DNA from: Phosphitispora fastidiosa
GTDB taxonomy: Bacteria > Bacillota > Thermincolia > Thermincolales > UBA2595
NCBI RefSeq assembly: GCF_019008365.1
Contig: NZ_JAHHUL010000007.1
Location: 14,133-46,132 of the forward strand
Length of the DNA stretch: 32,000 nt
Direction of reading: 5' to 3'
Shown piece after piece: positions 15,407 through 23,109 of the stretch. The first letter of the stretch is position 1. Every line of letters begins with the position of its first letter. The notes under the pieces were generated by a model that ran no database searches, was not told the DNA's origin, and worked only from the letters and a program-made list of their open reading frames with translations. The position numbers were made by a program, and so were the translations under genes.

Positions 15407-16501
15407 CTATATAGTTAAGTTAATCTGCTGGACAGTTCCTACTGTCCCGTTTTCTTTTACAAACAGACCTGTCTTGCTGACCTGTCCCAGTGTCTCATTA
15501 CTCTGGTTTTTGACGGCAAAAAGGGTTTCGATATTGCCAAGGTAGACAGCGCCAATGCCTTTTTCGCCCAGCGCAAACAGGGTATCCTTGCCATCCCCAT
15601 CCTTGGTCCAGATGCGGAGTTTCTCAAAAACAGAGTCACTTTCGTCTATCCACCCGCTGCCATCCTCATCATAGACGGCCAATTCCAGGAAACCGTTACC
15701 GGTTTCGGGCCCGAAGAGTTCTCCGCCATTATTGATGACACCGTCATTATTGCGGTCAAGCGCCAGGAAGCCGCTCCCAGGCCTTACAAAGGAAATCTGG
15801 TCATTAGCGCCGTCTGTATCCAGGTCAAAACTAAATTTTGTATTGGTTAATTCGGCAGCTGCCCCGCTGAAATTAATTACCAGGGGGTCAATTTTTTCGG
15901 CATCACCGGCACGGATACTGATATTTTGTTCCTGCATAAAGGACCTGCTCATAGCTAAATCAACCGAGAAAGCTATTTCCCTGCCGTCTGTGGTATTTAT
16001 CACCCCGGCAGCTGAAAATGATGTTGCTTCTGTTTCCTGGTACTTTTCATGGGATTCATAGACCATTCCCCAGCCCTGGTTTCCTTCCTGAGGGCGCCCT
16101 GCAGGGCCGCTGCCTGGGGATGAATTTTGTGGGCCGGCGCTGTTTTTGTCCTGACATTCCTCTGAAAGACAGGTCACCTTTATTTTTATTTTTTTACCTG
16201 TCATCATTTCAATAAGTCTTTCGATAAGTGAGACCTTGAGTTTATCTTCTTCAGACAGCAGGTCTTCGGGGCTGCCGCTGCCTTCTACGGACCCCGCCGC
16301 TTTTGCCTGAGCCGAGATGTCCACAGTATCCGGAGCGGAGGGGAGCGCTGCCTGGGCAGAGGCATTTCTTGCTCCCATTAAGGATTGAGGGCTGCGGGGA
16401 CTCCGGCTGCCGACCCAGACCCTCAAGCTCTCACTTCGTTCATATGTCTCACTGTAAGTGCGGCTGCTGAACATGGCGATACTGCTGTTGGCAATTTTCA
16501 T
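15407..16501 (-). CDS. Hypothetical protein with C-terminal DxDxDG-type (EF-hand-like) calcium-binding repeats
   Basis: The ATG at 16501-16499 follows GGGAGGAG; the upstream 36 codons in the ORF track lack an SD. Repeats are DLDTDGANDQ, DRNNDGVINNGGELFG, DEDGSGWIDESD and TKDGDGKD. No signal peptide is obvious. Confidence 0.7.
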   Translation of the reverse strand: MKIANSSIAMFSSRTYSETYERSESLRVWVGSRSPRSPQSLMGARNASAQAALPSAPDTVDISAQAKAAGSVEGSGSPEDLLSEEDKLKVSLIERLIEMMTGKKIKIKVTCLSEECQDKNSAGPQNSSPGSGPAGRPQEGNQGWGMVYESHEKYQETEATSFSAAGVINTTDGREIAFSVDLAMSRSFMQEQNISIRAGDAEKIDPLVINFSGAAAELTNTKFSFDLDTDGANDQISFVRPGSGFLALDRNNDGVINNGGELFGPETGNGFLELAVYDEDGSGWIDESDSVFEKLRIWTKDGDGKDTLFALGEKGIGAVYLGNIETLFAVKNQSNETLGQVSKTGLFVKENGTVGTVQQINLTI

Positions 16502-16616
16502 AACATTACTCCTCCCTGAGTTTACCTTTCCGCTAATTCCATTTTGCGGATTAATTGTTGGTATATTTTTCTTATCGGGAAATTCAAAAAATACTTTAGA
16601 TAATAACATTTTGCCT

Positions 16617-16659
16617 GGATAACATTAAATTTGCAGGGATAATGATAAATTTGTAGAAT
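16617..16659 (+). promoter_or_regulatory. Tandem 20-bp direct repeats overlapping a sigma-A-type promoter for the LpdD-like/UbiD pair
   Basis: GGATAACATTAAATTTGCAG (16617-16636) and GGATAATGATAAATTTGTAG (16637-16656) share 16 of 20 positions. TTGCAG (16631-16636), 17 nt, then TAGAAT (16654-16659) form the promoter. A degenerate third copy lies at about 16598-16616. Confidence 0.45.
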
Positions 16660-16705
16660 ATTTCCGGGGAATAATCACATATATAAGGAAGGCTGGGGTG
16701 ATTAT

Positions 16706-17161
16706 ATGTATCCTGAGGAAGTTAAAGTGACGTACGGGGAAGGAAGGTATATGATTGAAATATCGTCAGTGGTTACCGGCGATGGTATTTCAATTACAAT
16801 TACCGGGGGTGAAAAGCCCCACATCGGCGGGGTTGCATTAAGTGTGCCCCGCAGGAGCCTTGGTGGTGAGAAGGTCTCCTGTGATACCTGGGTGCTGCCG
16901 GTACCGGGACATAAAGATACCGAAATTGCTGTGCCGGTTGCCGAAATGGTTTCCAGGGAAACAGGCAGGACGGTTGCTGTTACTGCCGGGATTCATATTG
17001 ACAGGGCTGAGGAAAGGGAGCTCCGGACACTGGTGGAAAACAGCCTGGCGGCTGCCGGTCTGCTATTGGAACAAATCGGCGAGCTTTCCGAAGCACAGGA
17101 AGACCGGCAGGAGGAAAAGGAAGTTCGGTCTGATAATGAGGAGAATGATGATGCACAATAA
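16706..17161 (+). CDS. LpdD-like protein (putative prenylated-flavin chaperone / UbiD accessory subunit)
   Basis: SD GGGGTGA is present. ITITGGEKPHIGGVAL ... PGHKDTEIAVPVAEMVSRETGRTVAVTAGIHID parallels the VVTGGTNPHIGDV ... SHDGRFHKD ... CTITAGIHVN core of Lactiplantibacillus plantarum LpdD, recalled from memory. The gene has an acidic tail and overlaps the UbiD gene start. Confidence 0.6.
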   Translation: MYPEEVKVTYGEGRYMIEISSVVTGDGISITITGGEKPHIGGVALSVPRRSLGGEKVSCDTWVLPVPGHKDTEIAVPVAEMVSRETGRTVAVTAGIHIDRAEERELRTLVENSLAAAGLLLEQIGELSEAQEDRQEEKEVRSDNEENDDAQ

Positions 17162-18911
17162 CCTGAGGAGTTTTCTGGCAACACTTAAAAGGGAAAAACT
17201 GATTATTGAGGTAGGTGCCGAGGTTGACCCATATCTGGAGCTTGCAGAGATTCACCGCAGGGTCATAGAGGAGGAAGGCCCGGCATTGCTGTTTACAAAT
17301 GTCAGGGGCAGCAGCTTCCCGGTTGTTACTAATCTTTTCGGTACCCGCCATAGAGTGGAACTGGCCATGGGGCCAAGGCCGCAGCAAATCCTGAAAAAGG
17401 TATCAGGAGCGATGGACAGGCTGCTGCCCCCGAAGCTGAAAAACCTCTGGGGGGAACGTGACTGGCTTTTGAGTATTGCCAAGAGCGGCCTTAACCGGGT
17501 TAGCCGCGATAAGGCTCCGGTACTGCAGGAGAAGCAGGCCGAAGTAAACCTTGGGGAACTTCCGGTACTGACAAGCTGGCAGGACGATGGGGGCCCCTTT
17601 GTTACCCTGCCTCTGGTCTATACCGAACACCCTCAAAACAGGGAACATAACCTGGGAATGTACCGGATTCAGATATTTTCCAAAAACCAGACCGGGATGC
17701 ACTGGCAGATACATAAGGGAGGCGGGTTCCATTACCATGAAGCGGAAAAGCTGAACCGGCCGCTTCCGGTAACCCTGTTCCTGGGAGGACCTCCGGCCTT
17801 GATTATAGCGGCTATTACGGCCCTGCCCGAGCCCCTGCCGGAGCTGATTTATACTTCCTTCCTGATGGGAGAAAAAATGAATATGGCTGAGGTGGCGGGA
17901 CATGCCCATAGATTGATAGCTGAGGCCGAGTTTGCCATCTGTGGGGAGGTTCCTCCCCATGAACGGAAACCGGAAGGGCCTTTTGGGGATCATTACGGCT
18001 ATTATTCATTGACTCACGATTTCCCGGTATTTAATGTCAAACAGGTCTATCACCGCCGGGATGCCATTTACCCGGCCACAGTGGTGGGGAAACCGCGGCA
18101 GGAGGATTATTATATCGCAGAATGGATGCAGGACCTGCTGGCACCCATGTTTCCTGTCCTGATGCCAGGGGTAAAATCCCTCTGGGCCTATGGCGAGGCC
18201 GGAGTTCATTCCCTGGCGGCGGCAGTTGTCAGGGAGAGTTATTTCCGGGAAGCGCTGGGTCATGCCTTCAGGATACTTGGCGAAGGCCAGCTGACCCTGA
18301 CCAAATTCCTCATGGTAACCGATGTAGTACTCGACCTTAAAGATTTCCCCAGCTTGCTGGAAAATATCCTGAGACGTTTTAACCCGGCTCGTGACCTGAT
18401 TATAATTGATGACACGGCCATGGATACTCTTGATTACACGGGGCGTCGTTTTAACCGGGGCAGCAAGGCCATTATGCTGGGACTGGGTGAACCGGTGCGG
18501 GAAATTCCCGGGGAATATACCGGGGGACAGCTTCAGGGCATCGATGTGGTAAGACCTTACTGCAGGGGATGCCTGATGGTTTCAGGCAGTTCTTTTGAAG
18601 ATGCACCGGGCCTGGCGGAAGAGTTGGTGAAAAATTCCCGCACCCGGCTGGAAGAGTGGCCCCTTGTGGTCTTGGTTGACGATGCCGCCGGAATTATGGA
18701 TCAGACCGGGTTCCTGTGGACAGTCTTTACCCGTTTTGACCCGGCATGGGATATATATGCTGATTATAAGGTGAGAAACAACAAAATCAGGTATGAGGGA
18801 CCTGTTATAATTGATGCCCGGATGAAACCCCAGTATCCCGCAGAACTTATTCCCCGGGAAGATATTGTCAGGAAGGTTTCTGAGCGGTGGAGTGAATTGT
18901 TTGATGTGTAG
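17151..18911 (+). CDS. UbiD-family (prFMN-dependent) decarboxylase
   Basis: Three consecutive in-frame ATGs (17145/17148/17151) follow GAGGAG (17138-17143). UbiD hallmarks are NNLRSFLATLKREKLIIEV, PALLFTNVRGS, HNLGMYRIQIF, MHWQIHKGGGFHY and LFLGGPPALIIAA. The 16842 start in the ORF track is an out-of-frame overlap with the upstream gene. Confidence 0.88.
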   Translation: MHNNLRSFLATLKREKLIIEVGAEVDPYLELAEIHRRVIEEEGPALLFTNVRGSSFPVVTNLFGTRHRVELAMGPRPQQILKKVSGAMDRLLPPKLKNLWGERDWLLSIAKSGLNRVSRDKAPVLQEKQAEVNLGELPVLTSWQDDGGPFVTLPLVYTEHPQNREHNLGMYRIQIFSKNQTGMHWQIHKGGGFHYHEAEKLNRPLPVTLFLGGPPALIIAAITALPEPLPELIYTSFLMGEKMNMAEVAGHAHRLIAEAEFAICGEVPPHERKPEGPFGDHYGYYSLTHDFPVFNVKQVYHRRDAIYPATVVGKPRQEDYYIAEWMQDLLAPMFPVLMPGVKSLWAYGEAGVHSLAAAVVRESYFREALGHAFRILGEGQLTLTKFLMVTDVVLDLKDFPSLLENILRRFNPARDLIIIDDTAMDTLDYTGRRFNRGSKAIMLGLGEPVREIPGEYTGGQLQGIDVVRPYCRGCLMVSGSSFEDAPGLAEELVKNSRTRLEEWPLVVLVDDAAGIMDQTGFLWTVFTRFDPAWDIYADYKVRNNKIRYEGPVIIDARMKPQYPAELIPREDIVRKVSERWSELFDV

Positions 18912-18925
18912 AGGTTATTTACACT

Positions 18926-18960
18926 CCCTATTTGTCTTGACAAATGGGGGCATTATATTT
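18926..18960 (+). terminator. Hairpin terminator after the UbiD gene
   Basis: CCCTATTTGT (18926-18935) pairs with ACAAATGGGG (18940-18949), giving a 10-bp stem with one G-U and loop CTTG. It is followed by a moderately T-rich tail (CATTATATTTCGGCATTTT). Confidence 0.5.
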
Positions 18961-19013
18961 CGGCATTTTAGTTTAGCTTAAACACTACTCGATTTAACAT
19001 AAGATTGTTCTGC

Positions 19014-20720
19014 TTAGAGTATAATTTTTGTTGAATTTATATTGTATTGTTTAATCTTTCGGTAAAGGCTTTGTAAACTTATACCCAATAATTTGGCCGC
19101 CTCCTTTTTTCCGTTTGTAGAATTTTCAAACATAAGCAGAGCTTTTTCTATGGCCTTTTTTTCTACAACTTTTATACCCGCTACTTTATCTGGAGATTCA
19201 AGGGTTTTCTCATAAGCATTTAAAACAAACCACTTGGGGAGGCTTCTTGTGGTTATTTTGGAACTGTTTTCCATAGCGACACAGTATTCAATTAAGTTTT
19301 TAAGCTCTCGGATATTCCCTGGCCAATTATATTCATTAATCAGGCATTGGACAGAATTGTCAATAGATAAATTTTTATTGAACTTCTTTTTGAAAATATT
19401 TAAAAAATATTCAGTTAACAAAGGTATATCTTCCCGTCTAGTTCGCAGGGGAGGTATTTCTAAAGGTATTACATTCAAGCGATAATATAAATCTTCTCTA
19501 AAGGTTCCTTCACTTACCATTTCTTCAAGATTTTTATTTGTCGCCGCAATTATCCTAACCTTTACGTTAACGATTTTTGTACAGCCCAATTTTTCAATAA
19601 CACTGGTTTCCATAACCCGTAATAACTTGGCTTGCAACGCTAATGGCATGTCACCAATTTCATCCAAAAATATTGAGCCTTCATTTGCTATTTCAAATTT
19701 ACCTTTCTTTCCCCCTATTTTAGCTCCAGTAAATGCTCCTTCGTCATAACCAAATAGCTCGCTCTCTAACAAATTATCCGGTATTGCACTACAGTTAATT
19801 GAAATGAAAGGTTTTATTTTTCTTGAACTGGATTCATGAATAGCCCTGGCAAACAACTCTTTCCCTGTTCCGGACTCACCTCTTATTAATATTGTAGAGT
19901 CAACACTGGATATTATTGTTGTTTGCTGCTTAATTTCATTTATTATTAAAGATTTGCCGATTATGCCGGAAAAAGCTGATTTATTAGCGAGAGCAGGAAT
20001 ACAGGTACTAGAGTTCATTTTTATAATGTATCCAATGTCATTAACGGGATTAATGTAAAGGGAGGATTTTGATTTGGCATTGGTTTGGTTTCCCACGTTT
20101 TCCCCAAAACTAAAATTTGGGTAAAAATGTTTGATATTACGTTTATCTCTGCTGTTTAACTCAAACAGTTTCTTAGCTTGTAAATTAAACTTGTTAATGT
20201 AGCCTTCACTGTCAATAATCATTACCGGGTCATCAAAGTTATTTAAAAGAGCTTCCATGAAAGCTTCGTCATGAATATAACCTGTATATGTAAAATAGTA
20301 ATTTGAAATCAAAGTTGAAAGGTTTCTGATTAAAGAGAAATTTGAATCAACATTATTTGTTAGGTTATTCTTTGACATAAGATATACTACACCTAAGATT
20401 TTTTCCTCGGACAATATTGGATGGTAAATAACTGCTTGGTAGGGACAGTTTGCTTTACCTTTGCAGTTCTGACAGCCCAAAGAACTGGCTCTGTTTTCCA
20501 TTACAAAGGGTTGACCGGTTCTAACCACCTGTTTTAAAAAGGTATCAGGCCTGGACCTGCCTATATTTTCCTTATAAGTCCCTGTTCCTGCAATGGCTTT
20601 TAAATCGCTTTGACATACCCCTAAATCGCAATTTAAAAATGGGGCCATTGTTTCGATTAAATCCTGAATTATCTTTGCTTCCATTCTCATTTTGTGCTTC
20701 ACTCCCATTTTGTACTTCAC
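19014..20720 (-). CDS. Sigma-54-dependent transcriptional activator with Cys-rich N-terminal sensor region
   Basis: Walker A is GESGTGKE, the GAFTGA loop is [11 protein letters not shown], Walker B is IFLDEIGDM, and the HTH is AAKLLGISLQSLYRKIKQY. The start is ambiguous: GTG 20720 or ATG 20708/20690/20684. GC is very low (single 60-nt lines about 23-35 percent). Confidence 0.9.
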   Translation of the reverse strand: MKYKMGVKHKMRMEAKIIQDLIETMAPFLNCDLGVCQSDLKAIAGTGTYKENIGRSRPDTFLKQVVRTGQPFVMENRASSLGCQNCKGKANCPYQAVIYHPILSEEKILGVVYLMSKNNLTNNVDSNFSLIRNLSTLISNYYFTYTGYIHDEAFMEALLNNFDDPVMIIDSEGYINKFNLQAKKLFELNSRDKRNIKHFYPNFSFGENVGNQTNAKSKSSLYINPVNDIGYIIKMNSSTCIPALANKSAFSGIIGKSLIINEIKQQTTIISSVDSTILIRGESGTGKELFARAIHESSSRKIKPFISINCSAIPDNLLESELFGYDEGAFTGAKIGGKKGKFEIANEGSIFLDEIGDMPLALQAKLLRVMETSVIEKLGCTKIVNVKVRIIAATNKNLEEMVSEGTFREDLYYRLNVIPLEIPPLRTRREDIPLLTEYFLNIFKKKFNKNLSIDNSVQCLINEYNWPGNIRELKNLIEYCVAMENSSKITTRSLPKWFVLNAYEKTLESPDKVAGIKVVEKKAIEKALLMFENSTNGKKEAAKLLGISLQSLYRKIKQYNINSTKIIL

Positions 20721-20845
20721 GACATTGATATTGTTTTGAAATACTATAAGCTCGGGAAAAATGAAGGCAATTCATAGAATCATTATTCAAAAGGTAGTAT
20801 TTGGTTTTATGGCAAAATAATCTTATTTTAATAATATTTGAATCT

Positions 20846-20881
20846 TTCGCTTTTAGCAATGGTTCGATTGCTAAAAGCGAA
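20846..20881. repeat. Perfect 15-bp inverted repeat TTCGCTTTTAGCAAT-(6 nt)-ATTGCTAAAAGCGAA
   Basis: Arms are 20846-20860 and 20867-20881 with loop GGTTCG. It lies about 130-190 bp upstream of the divergent activator gene. Confidence 0.8.
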
Positions 20882-21316
20882 TTTGCGTAGTTTACCGGTT
20901 GTTTTTCGGTTTTAACGGTGATGTTTTTAAGGATACAAATATGTCTGAAGAAATTAAAGTCTGCTAAGCCAGGAGTTTTGCCTGTATTAATAGACCTTAA
21001 CTTGTACGACAGGCGGCCGCATCCATTATAAATTCCTGGGAATCTCCCAATTGACTGCAAATTAAGTTGGGTTTTCCTTATACATATCTGATTTGTCTAT
21101 GCCGTAGATTACGGCATTTTTTCATCTGTTATTTCTTTACCTTTGTGTACATATTCCTTATAGTTATCCATGTTTATGTCGTGAACAATACTTTTAACGA
21201 CAAATCTTACAAGGAAGCCGTAAAAATCGCTCATCTGACGAATGCTTTATGAACCGCATCATAAAAGAGTAAATAACATTGCGGCGCTAACTTAAACAAC
21301 GTCAAACACAATTGGT

Positions 21317-21389
21317 AAGCCGTATGCCTTGGTAGGGCACGTACGGTCTGATGAGGGGGGAAGCCATGGAAATGGTTTCCCTACTCTAT
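21317..21389 (+). mobile_element. Group II intron 3' remnant (domain V, domain VI and 3' end), with no intact reverse transcriptase
   Basis: AAGCCGTATGCCTTGGTAGGGCACGTACGGTCT fits the domain V frame RAGCCGUAU-hairpin-ACGUACGGUUC, including the AGC triad and AC bulge. It is followed by GGGAAGCCAT-GGAA-ATGGTTTCCC (10-bp helix with GNRA loop), an unpaired A at 21383, and ...CTAT ending at 21389 (domain VI plus AY 3' end). Confidence 0.6.
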
Positions 21390-21520
21390 TATTTTTAACA
21401 GCAATTTTGGGAAATACACAATTATTAAAAGTAATAAAAATAAACCGTATTTCTCAATAATGATAAATACTTCAAAACAAGAAGTCTCCTAAATTGCCCA
21501 ATCTAAAGGGTTTTAACTAT

Positions 21521-21536
21521 TGGCACAACTTTTGCA
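21521..21536 (+). promoter_or_regulatory. Sigma-54 (-24/-12) promoter
   Basis: TGGCAC-AACTT-TTGCA is an exact match to TGGCAC-N5-TTGCW with correct GG-N10-GC spacing. It lies about 105 nt upstream of the TTG start at 21643, and a divergent sigma-54 activator is adjacent. Confidence 0.85.
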
Positions 21537-21642
21537 ATATTGTTTACCAAGTTAAGTTAGTTTAATTGAGGAGTTGATGCTTATGAATTGACAAGAACAC
21601 TTTAACTGTTAGGATAAACATTTAAACTAAGGGGGAATTGTT

Positions 21643-22998
21643 TTGAAATTCGCTACCGAAAAACTTAATTTCATGAGCCAGGAGCAGATAAAACAATACC
21701 AATTTGAGAAACTATCAAATCAATTAAAGTACTGCTATAATAATTCAGAATTCTACCGAAAAAGATTTAAAGATGCTGGTGCACTTCCTGGAGATATCAA
21801 ATCAATTGAAGATTTCAGAGAATTGCCTGTTTTCATGACCAAAGTATTAGAACGGGAAAGCCAGAGGGAATCACTTGAAAGATATGGCCATCCCTTTGGA
21901 ATGCACCTATGCTGCCGCCCGGAAGAACTGACGTTAACTTCTACTACATCCGGGACTACCGGTATACCTACATTTACCTATACCTTTTCACATCGGGACA
22001 TCAATGGCTTGCAAGCGCAAAACTGGGCACATATGTTCAAGTGTGGTGGAGTTTCACCGGGGGACAGAGTTTTATTTTGTTATGCCCTGGGGATTTACGC
22101 CACAACAATGGTTTTATGGGGAATAAGAAAATTGGGTGCTTTACCCATAGATGTAGATGTTCGCGGAGGTTCCGAGCCGATTTTGCAGTTTGCAGATTTG
22201 GTAAAACCTTATGCTGGCTGTTTTACTCCATCTTTGGCAGAGTATCTTATCGGCAGATCTCAGGATGTTATTGGTAAACCGGTCAGCGAATTGGGATTTA
22301 AAGCGCTTTTCCTGACCGGCGAGCCCGCCGTGGGAATTCCCGAAGTCAAACAGCGTTTAGAAGATGCGTATAAATGCAGGATTTATGATTATATGGCCCA
22401 GGGTGGGGGATCATTTGGTTTATCATGCGATTCGGATGAGTATCACGGGATGCACTGTTATGCACCTGATTACAATTTGTATCAGGACGATATTATTGAT
22501 CCTGAGACAAAAAAGCCTATCGATATTGTTGAAGGCGCAATTGGTGAAGCAGTTCATACTTCCCTGGATCGCGATGCTGTACCGGTCATTAGATACGCAT
22601 ATGGCGACATTGTGCAAGTATACACAGAAAAGTGCCCGGCCTGCGGTTTTGCAGGAAAGCGCGTCAAAGTTATCGGTCGGTCCGACGACATGCTCATTGT
22701 AAAAGGAGCAAACATTTATCCTGCAGCCATTAAGAACGTTATCGCCGAGTTCATACCCAAAATAACAGGAGAAATGAGAATAGTTTTGGATACTCCTCCC
22801 CCGAGAGTGGTTCCGCCACTTAAAGTTAAATTGGAGTACGGTAAAGGCATGGGTAGTGACCAATTACCGGGTTTGGAAGCGGAAATAAATAAACAGCTTC
22901 ACGCAAGAGTAAGGCTCACACCTAAAATTATCTGGGTTCCACCGGGGTCCATGGAAAAATCAATGAGGAAAACACCTCTGTTCGAAAAGAATTATTAG
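21643..22998 (+). CDS. PaaK-family (phenylacetate-CoA ligase-like / F390-synthetase-like) adenylate-forming enzyme
   Basis: TTG start follows AAGGGGGA; an alternative ATG lies at 21673. The N-terminal pattern is QYQFEKLSNQLKYCYNNSEFYRKRF..GALPGDIKSIEDFRELPVFMTK, the AMP motif is TSGTTGIPT, GRSDDMLIVKGANIYP is present, and size is about 450 aa. Confidence 0.82.
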   Translation: MKFATEKLNFMSQEQIKQYQFEKLSNQLKYCYNNSEFYRKRFKDAGALPGDIKSIEDFRELPVFMTKVLERESQRESLERYGHPFGMHLCCRPEELTLTSTTSGTTGIPTFTYTFSHRDINGLQAQNWAHMFKCGGVSPGDRVLFCYALGIYATTMVLWGIRKLGALPIDVDVRGGSEPILQFADLVKPYAGCFTPSLAEYLIGRSQDVIGKPVSELGFKALFLTGEPAVGIPEVKQRLEDAYKCRIYDYMAQGGGSFGLSCDSDEYHGMHCYAPDYNLYQDDIIDPETKKPIDIVEGAIGEAVHTSLDRDAVPVIRYAYGDIVQVYTEKCPACGFAGKRVKVIGRSDDMLIVKGANIYPAAIKNVIAEFIPKITGEMRIVLDTPPPRVVPPLKVKLEYGKGMGSDQLPGLEAEINKQLHARVRLTPKIIWVPPGSMEKSMRKTPLFEKNY

Positions 22999-23109
22999 TA
23001 TAACTAAAACGATGTCAGCCTAATGGGTTGTGGGCGTTATCCCTAAAGGGGTTTTTAGAAAAAATAGTTTAGAGTCAAACGGCAGAAATTTGAAAAAGGA
23101 GGGAACAAA

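Noticed and set aside
16616-16635. TGGAT...TTGCA, a possible sigma-54 promoter in front of the LpdD-like/UbiD genes
   Set aside because: The GG and GC dinucleotides are 16 nt apart rather than 12. The sequence is better explained as part of the 20-bp direct repeats and a sigma-A -35 box.
16842-17150. ORF-track start for the UbiD gene at 16842, which adds about 100 N-terminal residues
   Set aside because: The extension overlaps the LpdD-like gene in another frame, has no SD, and reads as Arg/Cys/Pro-rich nonsense. Conserved UbiD sequence begins at MHNNLRSFL, right after GAGGAG.
20572-21060. 162-aa minus-strand ORF in the AT-rich spacer, overlapping the activator N-terminus
   Set aside because: It overlaps the sigma-54 activator coding region out of frame, has no SD, and has a composition typical of random ORFs in AT-rich DNA.
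21067-21252. 61-aa + strand ORF (MGFPYTYLICLC...)
   Set aside because: It is hydrophobic, Phe/Ile/Tyr-rich AT-driven sequence with no SD, and it lies inside what looks like intron/IS debris.
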